Shown: in pieces, positions 54,631 to 64,000 of the stretch | Position numbering within the stretch: position 1 is the first letter of the stretch | Layout of the letters: every line of letters begins with the position of its first letter | Assembly: GCA_965206175.1 (NCBI GenBank) | Contig: CBDBJA010000004.1 | Location: 82,414-146,413 of the forward strand | DNA length: 64,000 bases | Reading direction: 5' to 3' | Origin: Thermodesulfobacteriota bacterium | GTDB lineage: Bacteria; Desulfobacterota_D; UBA1144; Nemesobacterales; Mycalebacteriaceae | Notes under the pieces: model-generated | Seen by the model: the letters and a program-made list of their open reading frames with translations, nothing else | What the model was told of the DNA's origin: nothing | Databases searched by the model: none | Translations under genes and position numbers: made by a program

Positions 54631-54652
54631 TCTGCAAACAGTGCCGAAATTA

Positions 54653-54837
54653 ATCCCCAAACACGGCGGCTACCGCAAGTTAAACAGTTTTTTGCGACCG
54701 TTACATTGACAAGTTCAGCCGCACAAAAAACCGGACGGCACAGGCGGCTCGCATTGGCGCGGGACTTTGAAAATGAAGGCGGATTTACCGAACGCCTATA
54801 CAGTGCGCGAAGAGACAAAAGAAAACGCAGCGCATGA
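54653..54837 (+). pseudogene. remnant of a four-helix-bundle (23S rRNA IVS-protein-like, 'four helix bundle suffix domain') gene
   Basis: Two short frame-disjoint pieces are present: IPKHGGYRKLNSF (frame of 54653) and LALARDFENEGGFTERLYSARRDKRKR* (ending at 54837). They match the N- and C-terminal ends I remember for this roughly 200-aa family. The middle is missing. Confidence 0.45.
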
Positions 54838-54854
54838 TTTGTGCAATCTTGATT

Positions 54855-55127
54855 TCACCCGCCGGCAATAGCGGGAATTATTGAAACATTGTCCCCATCC
54901 GAAAGCGCCGTCTCTTTTCCGTCAAGAAACCTGATGTCTTCGTTGTTGACATAGATGTTGATGAACCTTCTCACCTCTCCGCTTTCATCGCAGAGACGGT
55001 CTTTGATTCCGGGGCATTCCGCCTCAAGTTTTTCAATCATCTCCAACACGCTTGACGCGGCGATTTTTATTTCGTCTCTGTTTCCTGAAAGATTTCTAAG
55101 CGGGGTCGGTATTCTGACAATCGGCAT
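54855..55127 (-). CDS. MoaD/ThiS-family sulfur-carrier protein (C-terminal Gly-Gly)
   Basis: A 90-aa beta-grasp-like sequence ending ...[14 protein letters not shown]. Confidence 0.8.
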   Translation of the reverse strand: MPIVRIPTPLRNLSGNRDEIKIAASSVLEMIEKLEAECPGIKDRLCDESGEVRRFINIYVNNEDIRFLDGKETALSDGDNVSIIPAIAGG

Positions 55128-55144
55128 TTTCCACTCCTTTGGTG

Positions 55145-56380
55145 TTAATTGGTCTTTGCGAACATCTCTTCAAAATCCTCAATGTTCGGTTCTATAAGAT
55201 AAGGGGTTGAAACACTGTTTTCAATCGCATCCTGAGTTTTCAAGCCGTTGCCCGTAATACACAGAACAACCGGCTCCCCGTCCGGGATGCGTCCCTGCTC
55301 AATCAGTTTCTTTGCGACCGCAACGGTAACCCCTCCGGCGGTTTCGGTGTATATGCCCTCGGTCTCGGCGAGAAGGACGATGCCTTCTACTATCTCGTCG
55401 TCCGAGGCGTCTTCACTCCACCCTCCGCTTTCGTTTATGACTTTGATTGCATAGTAGCCGTCCGCCGGATTTCCTATTGAAAGCGATTTCGCCACGGTGT
55501 CCGGTATAACCGGTTTGAAAAAATCCCTTCCGTCTTTGACCGCCGTTGAGATTGGAGAGCAGCCGGTCGCCTGAGCTCCGTGCATAATCGGCGGCAAACC
55601 GCCGTCAACAAGTTCCAAGTCACGCAACTCGCCGAACGCTTTCCATATTTTTGTGAGAAGGGAGCCGCTTGCCATGGGCACAACAATATGGCGCGGAACC
55701 TTCCAGCCCAACTGTTCGGCAATTTCATAGCCCAGACTTTTTGACCCCTCGGAGTAATAAGGTCTCATGTTCACATTCACAAAAGCCCATTCGCGCCTGC
55801 CGGCGATTTCACTGCAAAGCCGGTTCACATCGTCATAAGTGCCTTTGACGCCCACAAGTTTTGCGCCATAAACAACGGTGTTGATTACCTTTGATTTTTC
55901 AAGGTCTTGCGGGATAAATATGACGCTTTCAAGCCCTCTTGCCGCCGCAATGGAAGCGACCGCGTTTGCAAGATTGCCCGTTGACGCGCAAGACACGGTT
56001 TTGTATCCGAACTCAAGGGCTTTGGAAAGAGCGACTGAAACCACCCTGTCCTTAAACGAAAGTGTCGGGAAGGAAACCGCATCGTTTTTGACATACACCT
56101 CGCGGTGTCCGAGAGCGCGGCCAAGTTTGTCGGTTTTAAGAAGCGGTGTGAAGCCGACTTCGGCTCCCGCCTGCGGCTCTCCGTCCAACGGAAGAAGTTC
56201 CTTGTATCTCCAGATGCTCGGCGGGCGCGACCGTATCACATCGCGCGAAATGGTTTTCTTTATCGCCGCGTAATCGTAAACAACCTCAAGCGGACCGAAG
56301 CAGTCCTCACAAACATGAGTGGCTTTCTTGGGATATAAACGCCCACATTCCTTGCAGGAAAGATTTTCCACAAAAGACAT
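55145..56380 (-). CDS. thrC: threonine synthase (PLP fold-type II, with N-terminal Zn-ribbon)
   Basis: CKECGRLY...[10 protein letters not shown], the PLP lysine motif FPTLSFKDR and SSGN-like STGNLA. Confidence 0.8.
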   Translation of the reverse strand: MSFVENLSCKECGRLYPKKATHVCEDCFGPLEVVYDYAAIKKTISRDVIRSRPPSIWRYKELLPLDGEPQAGAEVGFTPLLKTDKLGRALGHREVYVKNDAVSFPTLSFKDRVVSVALSKALEFGYKTVSCASTGNLANAVASIAAARGLESVIFIPQDLEKSKVINTVVYGAKLVGVKGTYDDVNRLCSEIAGRREWAFVNVNMRPYYSEGSKSLGYEIAEQLGWKVPRHIVVPMASGSLLTKIWKAFGELRDLELVDGGLPPIMHGAQATGCSPISTAVKDGRDFFKPVIPDTVAKSLSIGNPADGYYAIKVINESGGWSEDASDDEIVEGIVLLAETEGIYTETAGGVTVAVAKKLIEQGRIPDGEPVVLCITGNGLKTQDAIENSVSTPYLIEPNIEDFEEMFAKTN

Positions 56381-56519
56381 AAAACAAACCTCAAAAACCC
56401 GCTCAAAGCGGCTTGTGTCAGACCGTTACTATTACAGCGTCCGGGCGGGTTGTCAAAAACCATCAATCTGCGGTTTTTTGATTGAATCCCGCCATAGTGT
56501 AGATTTTACCATCTGACTT

Positions 56520-57299
56520 ATGGAAATTTTTAACTGCAAGCGGTTTGCCATAGCGAGGTTTGCCGTTCCCAAAAGCGATGGAAACTACAGTTACACCGTG
56601 TCATGCGCGGAAACGGGGTGTTGCGTTGTCATAGACCCGCTTGCTCCGGAGGAAATTCTTGATTACATCACACGGGAGAAAATGTCCGTCCGGAGCATAG
56701 TGAACACGCACTCTCATCCCGACCACATTGCGGGAAACGGACAAACGGCAAAAGCGACCGGAGCGGAGATTGTTTCGCATCCGCTCGGAGCGGGGAAAAC
56801 GGGAGCGCAAAGAACGGTGAATGAGGGAGACTCCATCCCTTTTGGAAATCAAACGCTTTCCGTTATTCACACGCCGGGACACTGCCCCGACCACATATCC
56901 CTGCTGACGGAAGGCAACGCTTTTGTTGCGGACACACTGTTCCTTTCGGGATGCGGAAACACCCGCTTCGGGGGAAATACCGGCGACCTGTTTCATTCCG
57001 TCTCGCGGCTGAAAAAACTGGACGGCAAAACACGGGTCTTGTGCGGACACAACTACGCTGAAACAAACCTTAGATTTGCTCTCAGCATTGAGCCGGAAAA
57101 CACTGAAACCAAACGCAAACTGGATGAAGTGAAGTTACCCGGAAATCCGATTTCAACTGTCGGAGAAGAGATTCTTTACAACCCGTTTATGAGGCTTGAC
57201 AGTCCCGAAGTTGTAAAACGGGTGGCTGAAGTTTTTCCCGATGCAAAAACCGACGCCGATATTTTCGCCGGACTGCGGGAACTTAGAAACAACTGGTAG
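56520..57299 (+). CDS. MBL-fold hydrolase, hydroxyacylglutathione hydrolase (glyoxalase II)-like
   Basis: VIDPL..., [21 protein letters not shown] and GHNY. Confidence 0.75.
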   Translation: MEIFNCKRFAIARFAVPKSDGNYSYTVSCAETGCCVVIDPLAPEEILDYITREKMSVRSIVNTHSHPDHIAGNGQTAKATGAEIVSHPLGAGKTGAQRTVNEGDSIPFGNQTLSVIHTPGHCPDHISLLTEGNAFVADTLFLSGCGNTRFGGNTGDLFHSVSRLKKLDGKTRVLCGHNYAETNLRFALSIEPENTETKRKLDEVKLPGNPISTVGEEILYNPFMRLDSPEVVKRVAEVFPDAKTDADIFAGLRELRNNW

Positions 57300-57318
57300 A
57301 AACCGACCGGAAGTCGTT

Positions 57319-60300
57319 ATGAAAAAAACAAAATCATCGGGAAAATCGCCCGAAAACGCTCTGAGAAATCTGCTGGAAAAGAGAATCGTCTTTCTGGACG
57401 GCGCGATGGGAACCATGATTCAACGCCTCAAATTTGAAGAAAAAGATTTCAGGGGAAAAGTTTTTAAAAACTCCGGAACAGACCTCAAAGGCAACAACGA
57501 TATTCTTGTCCTGACGCAGCCGGATGCGATCCTGAACATACACAAAGCGTATCTGAAAGCTGGATGCGACATAATAGAAACGAACACATTCAACGCAAAC
57601 GCCATATCACAGGCGGATTACGGACTTGAAAAGCACGCGTTTGAAATCAACAGAAGGGCGGCGGAGATTGCCGTCCAAGCGGTAAGGGAAACAGGCGGAC
57701 AAGGTGAAAAATTTGTCGCGGGAGCGCTCGGACCCACAAACAAAACCGCGTCAATGTCTCCCAATGTTGAAGACCCGTCCTACAGAGCCGTAATCTTTGA
57801 CGATCTTGCGGCCGTTTACCGGGAACAGGCCGAAGGGCTTGCCGAGGGCGGGGCGGACATCCTTATAGCGGAAACAAGCTTTGACACCCTTAATATGAAA
57901 GCCGCCATCCACGCGATGGAGGAAATGTTTGAGCGGAGAGGAAAGAGAATGCCGGTGATGCTCTCCATGACGGTAACGGATATGTCCGGCAGAACGCTTT
58001 CGGGACAAACCGTTCAGGCGTTCTGGAACTCCGTCCGGCACGCAAATCCCTTAAGCGTGGGAATAAACTGCGCTCTCGGCGCATCGGAGATGAGACCCTA
58101 TGTTGAAGACCTTTCCCGAACGGCGGACTGCTTTATAAGCTGCTATCCCAACGCCGGACTGCCCAATCCGATGAGTGAAACGGGATACGATGAAAAACCC
58201 GAAGACACATCGGCGCTGCTTGCCGAATTCGCCGGCGCGTCGCTTGTCAACATAGTGGGCGGCTGCTGCGGAACAACCCCGGAGCATATATCGGAGACGG
58301 TAAAAAAACTGAAAAAAATCCCCCCGAGAAAACTTCCGGAAATTCCGGCGGCGACACGGCTGAGCGGGCTTGAGCCGTTAACCGTCAGACCGTCCGAAGA
58401 AACGGAGGGCGGAAACATCGGCAATTTTATAATTGTCGGAGAGAGAACGAACATTACCGGCTCGCCCGCGTTCGCCCGTCTTGTGAAAGAGGGCGATTTT
58501 GAAGGCGCATTGCAGGTCGCCCGCCAGCAGGTTGAGAACGGAGCAAATCTGATAGATGTGAACTTTGACGAGGCGATGCTTGACGGCGTGGAGTGCATGA
58601 CGCGCTTTTTGAAACTTGTCTCGTCCGAGCCGGAAATATCGCGCGTTCCGATAATGATAGACAGTTCCAGATGGGAAGTGATTGAAGCCGGACTCAAATG
58701 CGTTCAGGGCAAATGCGTGGTGAACTCCATAAGTCTCAAGGAGGGCGAGGAGGTTTTTCTTGAGCAGGCGAAAAAAATCATGCGCTACGGAGCCGCCGCG
58801 GTTGTTATGGCGTTTGACGAAAAAGGGCAGGCGGCATCGGCAAAAGACAAAGTGCGGATATGCAGCAGAGCATACGAACTTCTGACAAAAAAAATCGGAA
58901 TGAATCCCTGCGACATAATTTTTGACCCCAATGTGCTTGCGATTGCGACCGGAATTGAGGAGCACAACGGATATGCGGTTGAGTTTATTGAGTCGTTAAA
59001 AGGGATAAAAAAACACTGTCCGGGAGCGCTGATAAGCGGCGGCATAAGCAACCTTTCATTCTCCTTCCGAGGCAACAGAGCAGTCCGCGAGGCGATGCAC
59101 AGTGTCTTCCTTCATCACGCCGTCAACACGGGGCTTGACTTGGGAATAGTGAACGCCGGAATGCTTGCGGTGTATGAGGACATAGAGAAAAACCTTCTTG
59201 AAAAAGTTGAGAACGCGGTTCTGAACAAAACCCCCGACGCGGCGGAAGAACTGCTTGAAATCGCCCAGAGTTTTCAAGGCGGGGGAAAGGCGAAAGACGG
59301 CAAAAATCTTGATTGGAGAAAAGAAAGCGTGGAGGAGCGCATCAAGCACTCGCTTGTCCACGGGATTGTTGATTTCACGGAGGGGGACACAAAGGAGGCG
59401 CTTAAAAAATATAAAAAACCTCTTGAAGTCATAGAGGGTCCTCTTATGGAGGGAATGAAGGTTGTCGGACGGCTTTTCGGCGAAGGGAAGATGTTTCTTC
59501 CTCAAGTGGTAAAAAGCGCCCGTGTGATGAAAAAGGCGGTTTCATTTCTGACGCCGCTGATGGAAAAAGAGAGAAAAAGAACGGGAGGAAAATCAAGCGC
59601 GAGGAAATTTGTGATAGCGACCGTAAAGGGCGATGTGCATGACATAGGGAAAAACATCGTGTCCGTTGTGCTCTCATGCAACAACTACGATGTGATAGAT
59701 CTCGGCGTAATGGTTCCGTGCGACAAAATTATCAACACCGCAAGAAAAGAAAAAGCGGACGCAGTCGGCATGAGCGGACTCATCACCCCGTCGCTTGACG
59801 AGATGATATACAACGCCCGCGAGATGGAGAGGCAGAATTTGAATATTCCCGTTCTGATAGGGGGCGCGACAACAAGCGGAATTCATACGGCGGTAAAAAT
59901 AGCCCCCAACTACGGGGGATTGGTTGAGCATGTCAAAGACGCGTCTCTTGTGGTCGGCATCTGCAACAACATTTTGAATCCGGAGAAAGCGGAACAGTAT
60001 GCGAAACAGGTTGAGGAGGAACAGGAAAAACAGAGGGAAAGACACCTGCTCGGCTCCGCAAGAATAGAGTATGTTTCAATTGAAACGGCGAGAAAGATGA
60101 AGTTCAAAAGCGATGAAAAACATCCGGTATTCAAACCCGAAAAAACCGGCGTCATACCGTTTCCCGACCTTGACACGGAGGAGATAGCGCAGTATTTGGA
60201 CTGGTCTCCGTTTTTCTGGACATGGGAATTAAAGGGCTCTTTTCCGTCAATACTGAAGCACCCCGAATGGGGAAAACAGGCGACCGAGCTTTACGACGAC

Positions 60301-61053
60301 GCAAGGCGGGTTCTGGATGAAATAATAAAATCCCGCGTGTTCAACCCGTCCGCCGTAATCGGTTTCTGGCCCGCAAACAGCGACGGCGATGATGTGAAAA
60401 TATATTCGCCGAAATCAAAAAATCCCGTCCGTCCGATTGCGACCGCGTGTTGTCTGCGTCAGCAGACAAAAAGGGCGGGGCGCGTAAAAAAAGAGGAAGT
60501 TTATTACTGCAACTCCGATTTTATAGCACCGGTTGATAGCGGAATTACCGACTACATCGGAGCGTTTGTCGTAACCGCCGGGAGCAACACGGAAAAATAC
60601 GCCGAAACTTTCAGCCGTGCCGGAGACGACTACACTTCCATCATAGTAAAAGCCCTTGCGGACAGAATAGCGGAGTCTCTCGCGGAGATGATGCACAAAA
60701 AAGCGCGTGAAATATGGGGATACGGAAAGAACGAAAACCTTTCCAGGGAAGAACTCATAAAGGAAAAATACAAGGGCATCCGTCCCGCGCCGGGTTATCC
60801 TTCATGCCCCGACCACACGGAAAAGCTGATCATCTGGAAACTTCTTGACGCCGAGAAACACACCGGAGTTTCTCTCACCGAAACATTTGTGATGAACCCC
60901 GCAAGTTCGGTTTCGGGATTTTATTTCGCACATCCTGAAGCGAAATACTTCAATGTGGGTAAATTGTGTGACGACCAGATAAGGGATTACGCGAAAAGAA
61001 AAAAGATGTCTTTGAAGGAAACAAAAAAATGGCTTACGCCGAATCTGGCGTAA
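57319..61053 (+). CDS. metH: cobalamin-dependent methionine synthase
   Basis: About 1245 aa covering the Hcy-binding domain ([18 protein letters not shown]), pterin-binding domain, B12-binding domain ([11 protein letters not shown]) and AdoMet activation domain. The ATG is at 57319. Confidence 0.95.
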   Translation: MKKTKSSGKSPENALRNLLEKRIVFLDGAMGTMIQRLKFEEKDFRGKVFKNSGTDLKGNNDILVLTQPDAILNIHKAYLKAGCDIIETNTFNANAISQADYGLEKHAFEINRRAAEIAVQAVRETGGQGEKFVAGALGPTNKTASMSPNVEDPSYRAVIFDDLAAVYREQAEGLAEGGADILIAETSFDTLNMKAAIHAMEEMFERRGKRMPVMLSMTVTDMSGRTLSGQTVQAFWNSVRHANPLSVGINCALGASEMRPYVEDLSRTADCFISCYPNAGLPNPMSETGYDEKPEDTSALLAEFAGASLVNIVGGCCGTTPEHISETVKKLKKIPPRKLPEIPAATRLSGLEPLTVRPSEETEGGNIGNFIIVGERTNITGSPAFARLVKEGDFEGALQVARQQVENGANLIDVNFDEAMLDGVECMTRFLKLVSSEPEISRVPIMIDSSRWEVIEAGLKCVQGKCVVNSISLKEGEEVFLEQAKKIMRYGAAAVVMAFDEKGQAASAKDKVRICSRAYELLTKKIGMNPCDIIFDPNVLAIATGIEEHNGYAVEFIESLKGIKKHCPGALISGGISNLSFSFRGNRAVREAMHSVFLHHAVNTGLDLGIVNAGMLAVYEDIEKNLLEKVENAVLNKTPDAAEELLEIAQSFQGGGKAKDGKNLDWRKESVEERIKHSLVHGIVDFTEGDTKEALKKYKKPLEVIEGPLMEGMKVVGRLFGEGKMFLPQVVKSARVMKKAVSFLTPLMEKERKRTGGKSSARKFVIATVKGDVHDIGKNIVSVVLSCNNYDVIDLGVMVPCDKIINTARKEKADAVGMSGLITPSLDEMIYNAREMERQNLNIPVLIGGATTSGIHTAVKIAPNYGGLVEHVKDASLVVGICNNILNPEKAEQYAKQVEEEQEKQRERHLLGSARIEYVSIETARKMKFKSDEKHPVFKPEKTGVIPFPDLDTEEIAQYLDWSPFFWTWELKGSFPSILKHPEWGKQATELYDDARRVLDEIIKSRVFNPSAVIGFWPANSDGDDVKIYSPKSKNPVRPIATACCLRQQTKRAGRVKKEEVYYCNSDFIAPVDSGITDYIGAFVVTAGSNTEKYAETFSRAGDDYTSIIVKALADRIAESLAEMMHKKAREIWGYGKNENLSREELIKEKYKGIRPAPGYPSCPDHTEKLIIWKLLDAEKHTGVSLTETFVMNPASSVSGFYFAHPEAKYFNVGKLCDDQIRDYAKRKKMSLKETKKWLTPNLA

Positions 61054-61078
61054 AAACAAGCCGCAAAAGGAGATTAAA

Positions 61079-61867
61079 ATGACGGAAAATTTCAACGAGT
61101 TTTTTCAAAAAGGGAACAAATGCGCCGGTTCCGAGGACTGGGACGGGGCGGTTGAAAACTACCGCCGCGCGATTGAACTGAAAGGGGACTATCCCGATGT
61201 GTTTTACAACCTCGGAGTTGTTCTCGCAATGAAGGGCAAACTGAGGGACGCGACCGACAGTTACACAAAGGCGATTGAAGTCAAGCCCGACTATGCTCAG
61301 GCGTTTTACAATCGGGGTTCGGTTCTTGTGGACATTGGAGACCACAGTCCGGCGATAGAGGATTTCAACAAGGTGATTGAACTGATGCCCGATTTTTCCG
61401 GCGCTTATGTGAGCAGGGGAACCGCTTACGGGCGGCTTGGCAAACAGGAACTTGCCATAGCGGACTATGGAAAGGCGATTGAGTTGGAACCGAAAAACGG
61501 CGAAGCGTTTTATAATCGGGCGACCACTTATCACAACTTGCTGAGGGATTACAAAAACGCCTTGAAGGATTACGACAAAGCGATTGAGATAAACCCGAAG
61601 GATTTTGAAAGTTACTACAGCAGAGGGCATGTTTATGACAGCATGGGAAACAACACAAAATCGGCGGAGGATTTTAGCAAGGCGTTGGAAATAAATCCCG
61701 ATTTCACAAAAGCCCTGTTCGCGCGGGGGACTGAGTTTCAAAAGTTGGGTGAGTTCAAAAAGGCGAAAGAGGATTTTGAGGCGGTGATAAAAAAAGAACC
61801 GGAGTCTGAACTTGCGGGAACTGCTAATCAGGTTTTGAAAGCGAATGAGAGGAAGTTTGAGGGGTGA
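61079..61867 (+). CDS. tetratricopeptide (TPR) repeat protein
   Basis: Seven or so 34-aa units of the form A..Y.KAIEL.PD...A(F)YNRG. Confidence 0.85.
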   Translation: MTENFNEFFQKGNKCAGSEDWDGAVENYRRAIELKGDYPDVFYNLGVVLAMKGKLRDATDSYTKAIEVKPDYAQAFYNRGSVLVDIGDHSPAIEDFNKVIELMPDFSGAYVSRGTAYGRLGKQELAIADYGKAIELEPKNGEAFYNRATTYHNLLRDYKNALKDYDKAIEINPKDFESYYSRGHVYDSMGNNTKSAEDFSKALEINPDFTKALFARGTEFQKLGEFKKAKEDFEAVIKKEPESELAGTANQVLKANERKFEG

Positions 61868-61871
61868 GGAT

Positions 61872-62792
61872 ATGAGGAAAAGATTACTGATAATTACCCT
61901 GTTTGTTTTCTTTGCTTTTGCGCCTTTTGTGAATGCTCAGAATAGGTTGCTTGACTATGGATTTATGAAAACAGCCACAGTTGCGGATATTGAGAGAGAA
62001 ATTCAAAATGGCGCGGATGTGAATGCAAGGAATGAACTCGGCTTGACGGCTCTGATGTGGGCGGCAAGCAACAACTCTAATCCTGAAGTTATCACGGCTC
62101 TTGTCAAAAATGGCGCAGATGTCAATGCAAGGGCTGAACTCGGCTTGACGGCTCTGATGGCTGCGGCAGTCAACAACTCTAATCCTGAAGTTATCACGGC
62201 TCTTGTCAAAAACGGCGCAGATGTCAATGCAAGGACTGAAGACGGCTGGACAACTCTGATGTATGCGGCAGGCAACAATTCTAATCTTGAAGTTATCACT
62301 TCTCTTGTCAAAAACGGCGCAGATGTCAATGCAAGAAATGAAGACGGCTGGACGGCTCTGATGTTGACGGCAGGCAACAACTCTAATCCTGAAATTATCA
62401 CGGCTCTTGTCAAAAACGGCGCAGATGTGAATACAAGGGTTGAAAAGGGCTTGACGGCTCTGATGGCTGCGGCAACTCTTAATTCTAATCCTGAAGTTAT
62501 CACGGCTCTTGTCAAAAACGGCGCAGATGTGAATGCAAGGACTGAAGACGGCTGGACGGCTCTGATGGCTGCGGCAGGCAACAACTCTAATCCTAAAATT
62601 ATCCTTGCCTTGCTTGAACACGGAGCAAATCCACGCCTTGCCGACAGGGATGGAAAGAATGCATTTGATTATATTAAGGATAATAAAGAGTTAAAGAACT
62701 CAAAGGCATATTGGAAACTGAATGAGTTAAGGTATGCTCCCGCTCCTTCCAAGCCCAAAAGTTTTATGGAAAAAATCAAAGACTTGTTTTAA
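61872..62792 (+). CDS. secreted ankyrin-repeat protein
   Basis: Signal peptide MRKRLLIITLFVFFAFAPFVNA|Q, then six near-identical 34-aa units NAR.E.G.TALM.AA.NNSNPEVITALVKNGADV. The C-terminal module is GKNAFDYIKDNKELKNSKAYWKLNEL. Confidence 0.9.
   Translation: MRKRLLIITLFVFFAFAPFVNAQNRLLDYGFMKTATVADIEREIQNGADVNARNELGLTALMWAASNNSNPEVITALVKNGADVNARAELGLTALMAAAVNNSNPEVITALVKNGADVNARTEDGWTTLMYAAGNNSNLEVITSLVKNGADVNARNEDGWTALMLTAGNNSNPEIITALVKNGADVNTRVEKGLTALMAAATLNSNPEVITALVKNGADVNARTEDGWTALMAAAGNNSNPKIILALLEHGANPRLADRDGKNAFDYIKDNKELKNSKAYWKLNELRYAPAPSKPKSFMEKIKDLF
62022..62633 (+). repeat. intragenic tandem repeat, six units of 102 bp (ankyrin units)
   Basis: Long identical DNA stretches (aactctaatcctgaagttatcacggctcttgtcaaaaa[c/t]ggcgcagatgt[c/g]aatgcaagg) recur at 102-bp spacing. 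Confidence 0.85.
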
Positions 62793-62837
62793 TTGTTTTT
62801 CCGTACGGAAGTTGTATTTCAGTAAGAATGCTTTTTC

Positions 62838-62862
62838 CTGTCATTCCGTGCTTGACACGGAA
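62838..62862. repeat. palindromic REP/MITE-like element copy A (ctgtcattccgtgcttgacacggaa)
   Basis: It forms a hairpin by itself (ttccgtg-cttga-cacggaa). Its reverse complement matches 62991-63015 with one mismatch. Confidence 0.75.
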
Positions 62863-62990
62863 ACAGAGGGTAGTGGGATGGGTTCTATAATCCAGAATAG
62901 CGGCAGAAAAAACTATAAGCACCTGCAGACTTTACTGACTTCTCAGTATTTGTATTTTCCACCATATTGAATGCCCTCACCCCCTCTAGA

Positions 62991-63015
62991 TTCCGTGTCA
63001 AGTACGGAATGACAG
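62991..63015. repeat. palindromic REP/MITE-like element copy B, inverted relative to copy A
   Basis: ttccgtgtcaagtacggaatgacag is the reverse complement of copy A except for one base. The two copies bracket 128 bp. Confidence 0.75.
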
Positions 63016-63219
63016 TTGGGTTAAGTATCCACTCCACTAATCAACCCCACAATCTCCTTGTCAACATGCGGATAGTAGCTCACACAAAAAGTTCCGGAAA
63101 GGACAAACCTGACCAACTCAACCCCCTTTACAAACTTGAATTGCCTTCAAGAACTACCTACAATTTTACCATCCCCGTTTCAGCCCTCAGGCGTTTCGGT
63201 TTTCAGGAAGGAAGAAGAT

Positions 63220-64000
63220 ATGAGAAAAACATTACTTTTAACTCCCTTGCTCGCTTTCCTTGCGCTTGCTCCTTTTGCAAATGCGCAAAACGCATTGATT
63301 GACTACAACTTTATGAAAACAGCCACAGTTGCTGACATTGAGAGAGAAATCAAAAACGGCGCGGATGTGAACGCAAGAGACGAAGACGGCTTGACCGGTT
63401 TGACCGCTCTTATGTATGGGGCAAACAACAACCCTAATCCCGAAGTTATCACGGCTCTTGTCAAAAACGGCGCAGATGTAAACGCAAGGGACGAAACAAG
63501 TTTTACCGCTCTGATGTATGCGGCGGAAAACAACTTTAATCCTGAAGTCATAATGATTCTTGTCAAAAACGGCGCAGAGGTGAATGCAAAAAATGAAAAC
63601 GGTGGAACGCCCCTGATGGTTGCGGCAAGCAACTCCAACCCTGAAGTTATCACCGCTCTTGTCAAAAACGGCGCGGATGTGAACACAAGGAATAAATTCG
63701 GCTTAACGGCTCTGATGTTTGCGGCAAGCAACAACTCTAATCCTGAAGTTGTCTTAGCTCTTATCAAAAACGGCGCGGAGATGAATGCAAAAAATGAAAA
63801 CGGCGGAACCGCTCTGATGTTTGCGGCGGACAACAACTCTAATCCTGAAGTCATATTTGCCTTGCTTGAAAACGGAGCAAACCCACGCCTTACTGACAGG
63901 GCTGGAAAGAATGCGTTTGACTATATGAAAAGAAACAGACGGTTAAAGGAATCAAAGTCATATCAGAAAGTGAAAACATTACTGTATAACCCCGATACTC
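63220..64000 (+). CDS. secreted ankyrin-repeat protein, paralog of 61872..62792, 3'-truncated by window edge
   Basis: It is absent from the ORF track because no stop is reached. ATG 63220 follows GGAAGGAAG. The signal peptide is MRKTLLLTPLLAFLALAPFANA|Q, followed by ANK units and GKNAFDYMKRNRRLKESKSY. The frame is open to nt 64000. Confidence 0.85.
   Translation, partial: MRKTLLLTPLLAFLALAPFANAQNALIDYNFMKTATVADIEREIKNGADVNARDEDGLTGLTALMYGANNNPNPEVITALVKNGADVNARDETSFTALMYAAENNFNPEVIMILVKNGAEVNAKNENGGTPLMVAASNSNPEVITALVKNGADVNTRNKFGLTALMFAASNNSNPEVVLALIKNGAEMNAKNENGGTALMFAADNNSNPEVIFALLENGANPRLTDRAGKNAFDYMKRNRRLKESKSYQKVKTLLYNPDT

Noticed and set aside
54627-54818. A 63-aa minus-strand ORF between dnaJ and moaD.
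   Set aside because: It lies opposite the four-helix-bundle gene remnant and has no start context or motif.
56381-56519. A riboswitch or attenuator upstream of thrC (small hairpin ccgct-ttg-agcgg followed by a T-run on the minus strand; TTGACA-16-TAATAG promoter-like element).
   Set aside because: The stem is only 5 bp and I recognise no SAM, T-box or other riboswitch core. The evidence is too weak to call.
61034-61741. A 235-aa minus-strand ORF.
   Set aside because: It is antisense to the clear TPR protein on the plus strand.
61884-62621. Minus-strand ORFs (61884..62621, 62003..62584, 63303..63854) with internally repeated sequence.
   Set aside because: They are antisense shadows of the ankyrin genes, and their periodicity mirrors the 102-bp ANK units.
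62734-63302. Plus-strand ORFs 62734..62970 (78 aa) and 62967..63302 (111 aa) in the spacer between the ankyrin genes.
   Set aside because: They span the palindromic elements, and the second runs out of frame into the 5' end of the next ankyrin gene. Neither has an RBS or recognisable motif.

Overview
This is a 64-kb bacterial chromosomal window, almost fully coding. TamB, RpoH and NuoM suggest a Gram-negative-type organism; GC looks near 50% by eye but was not computed.

Most of the window is housekeeping:
- nuoM (partial)-folE-hemA-hemC, tRNA-fMet, xseB-ispA, a transaldolase-family gene, rpsT, ndk-holA, cysC, proA, pdaD, nfo, cdsA
- a TamB-like giant protein, an M23 peptidase, polX-ligA, apgM, tRNA-Leu(GAG), nfeD-SPFH
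- yceD-rpmF-fabD-fabG-acpP-fabF
- a TCA block (acnA, icd, mdh, sdhCAB, sucC)
- rpoH-dnaK-(LbH)-grpE-dnaJ, thrC-moaD, a glyoxalase-II-like gene and metH

Accessory content:
1. A compact type I-U/I-G-like CRISPR-Cas locus at 26.5-34.1 kb. It runs Csb1/Cas7u - Csb2/Cas5u-Cas6 - Cas3 (helicase with C-terminal HD) - a 300-aa Cas8u-position ORF, then 21 repeats of 36 nt with 20 spacers of exactly 30 nt. No cas1, cas2 or cas4 is present in the window, and there is essentially no leader.
2. Three paralogous ankyrin-repeat genes, two with signal peptides and one membrane-anchored, plus a TPR gene.
3. Small ATTCC...GGAAT palindromic REP-like elements.
4. A remnant of a four-helix-bundle gene.

Data quality: five housekeeping genes (hemA, hemC, rpsT, proA, ligA) are each split by what looks like a one-base insertion in a homopolymer run. 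The SPFH gene looks split by a one-base loss. This points to homopolymer sequencing error in a draft, MAG or SAG assembly rather than real pseudogenes.

All functional calls come from motif recognition by eye. No searches were run.
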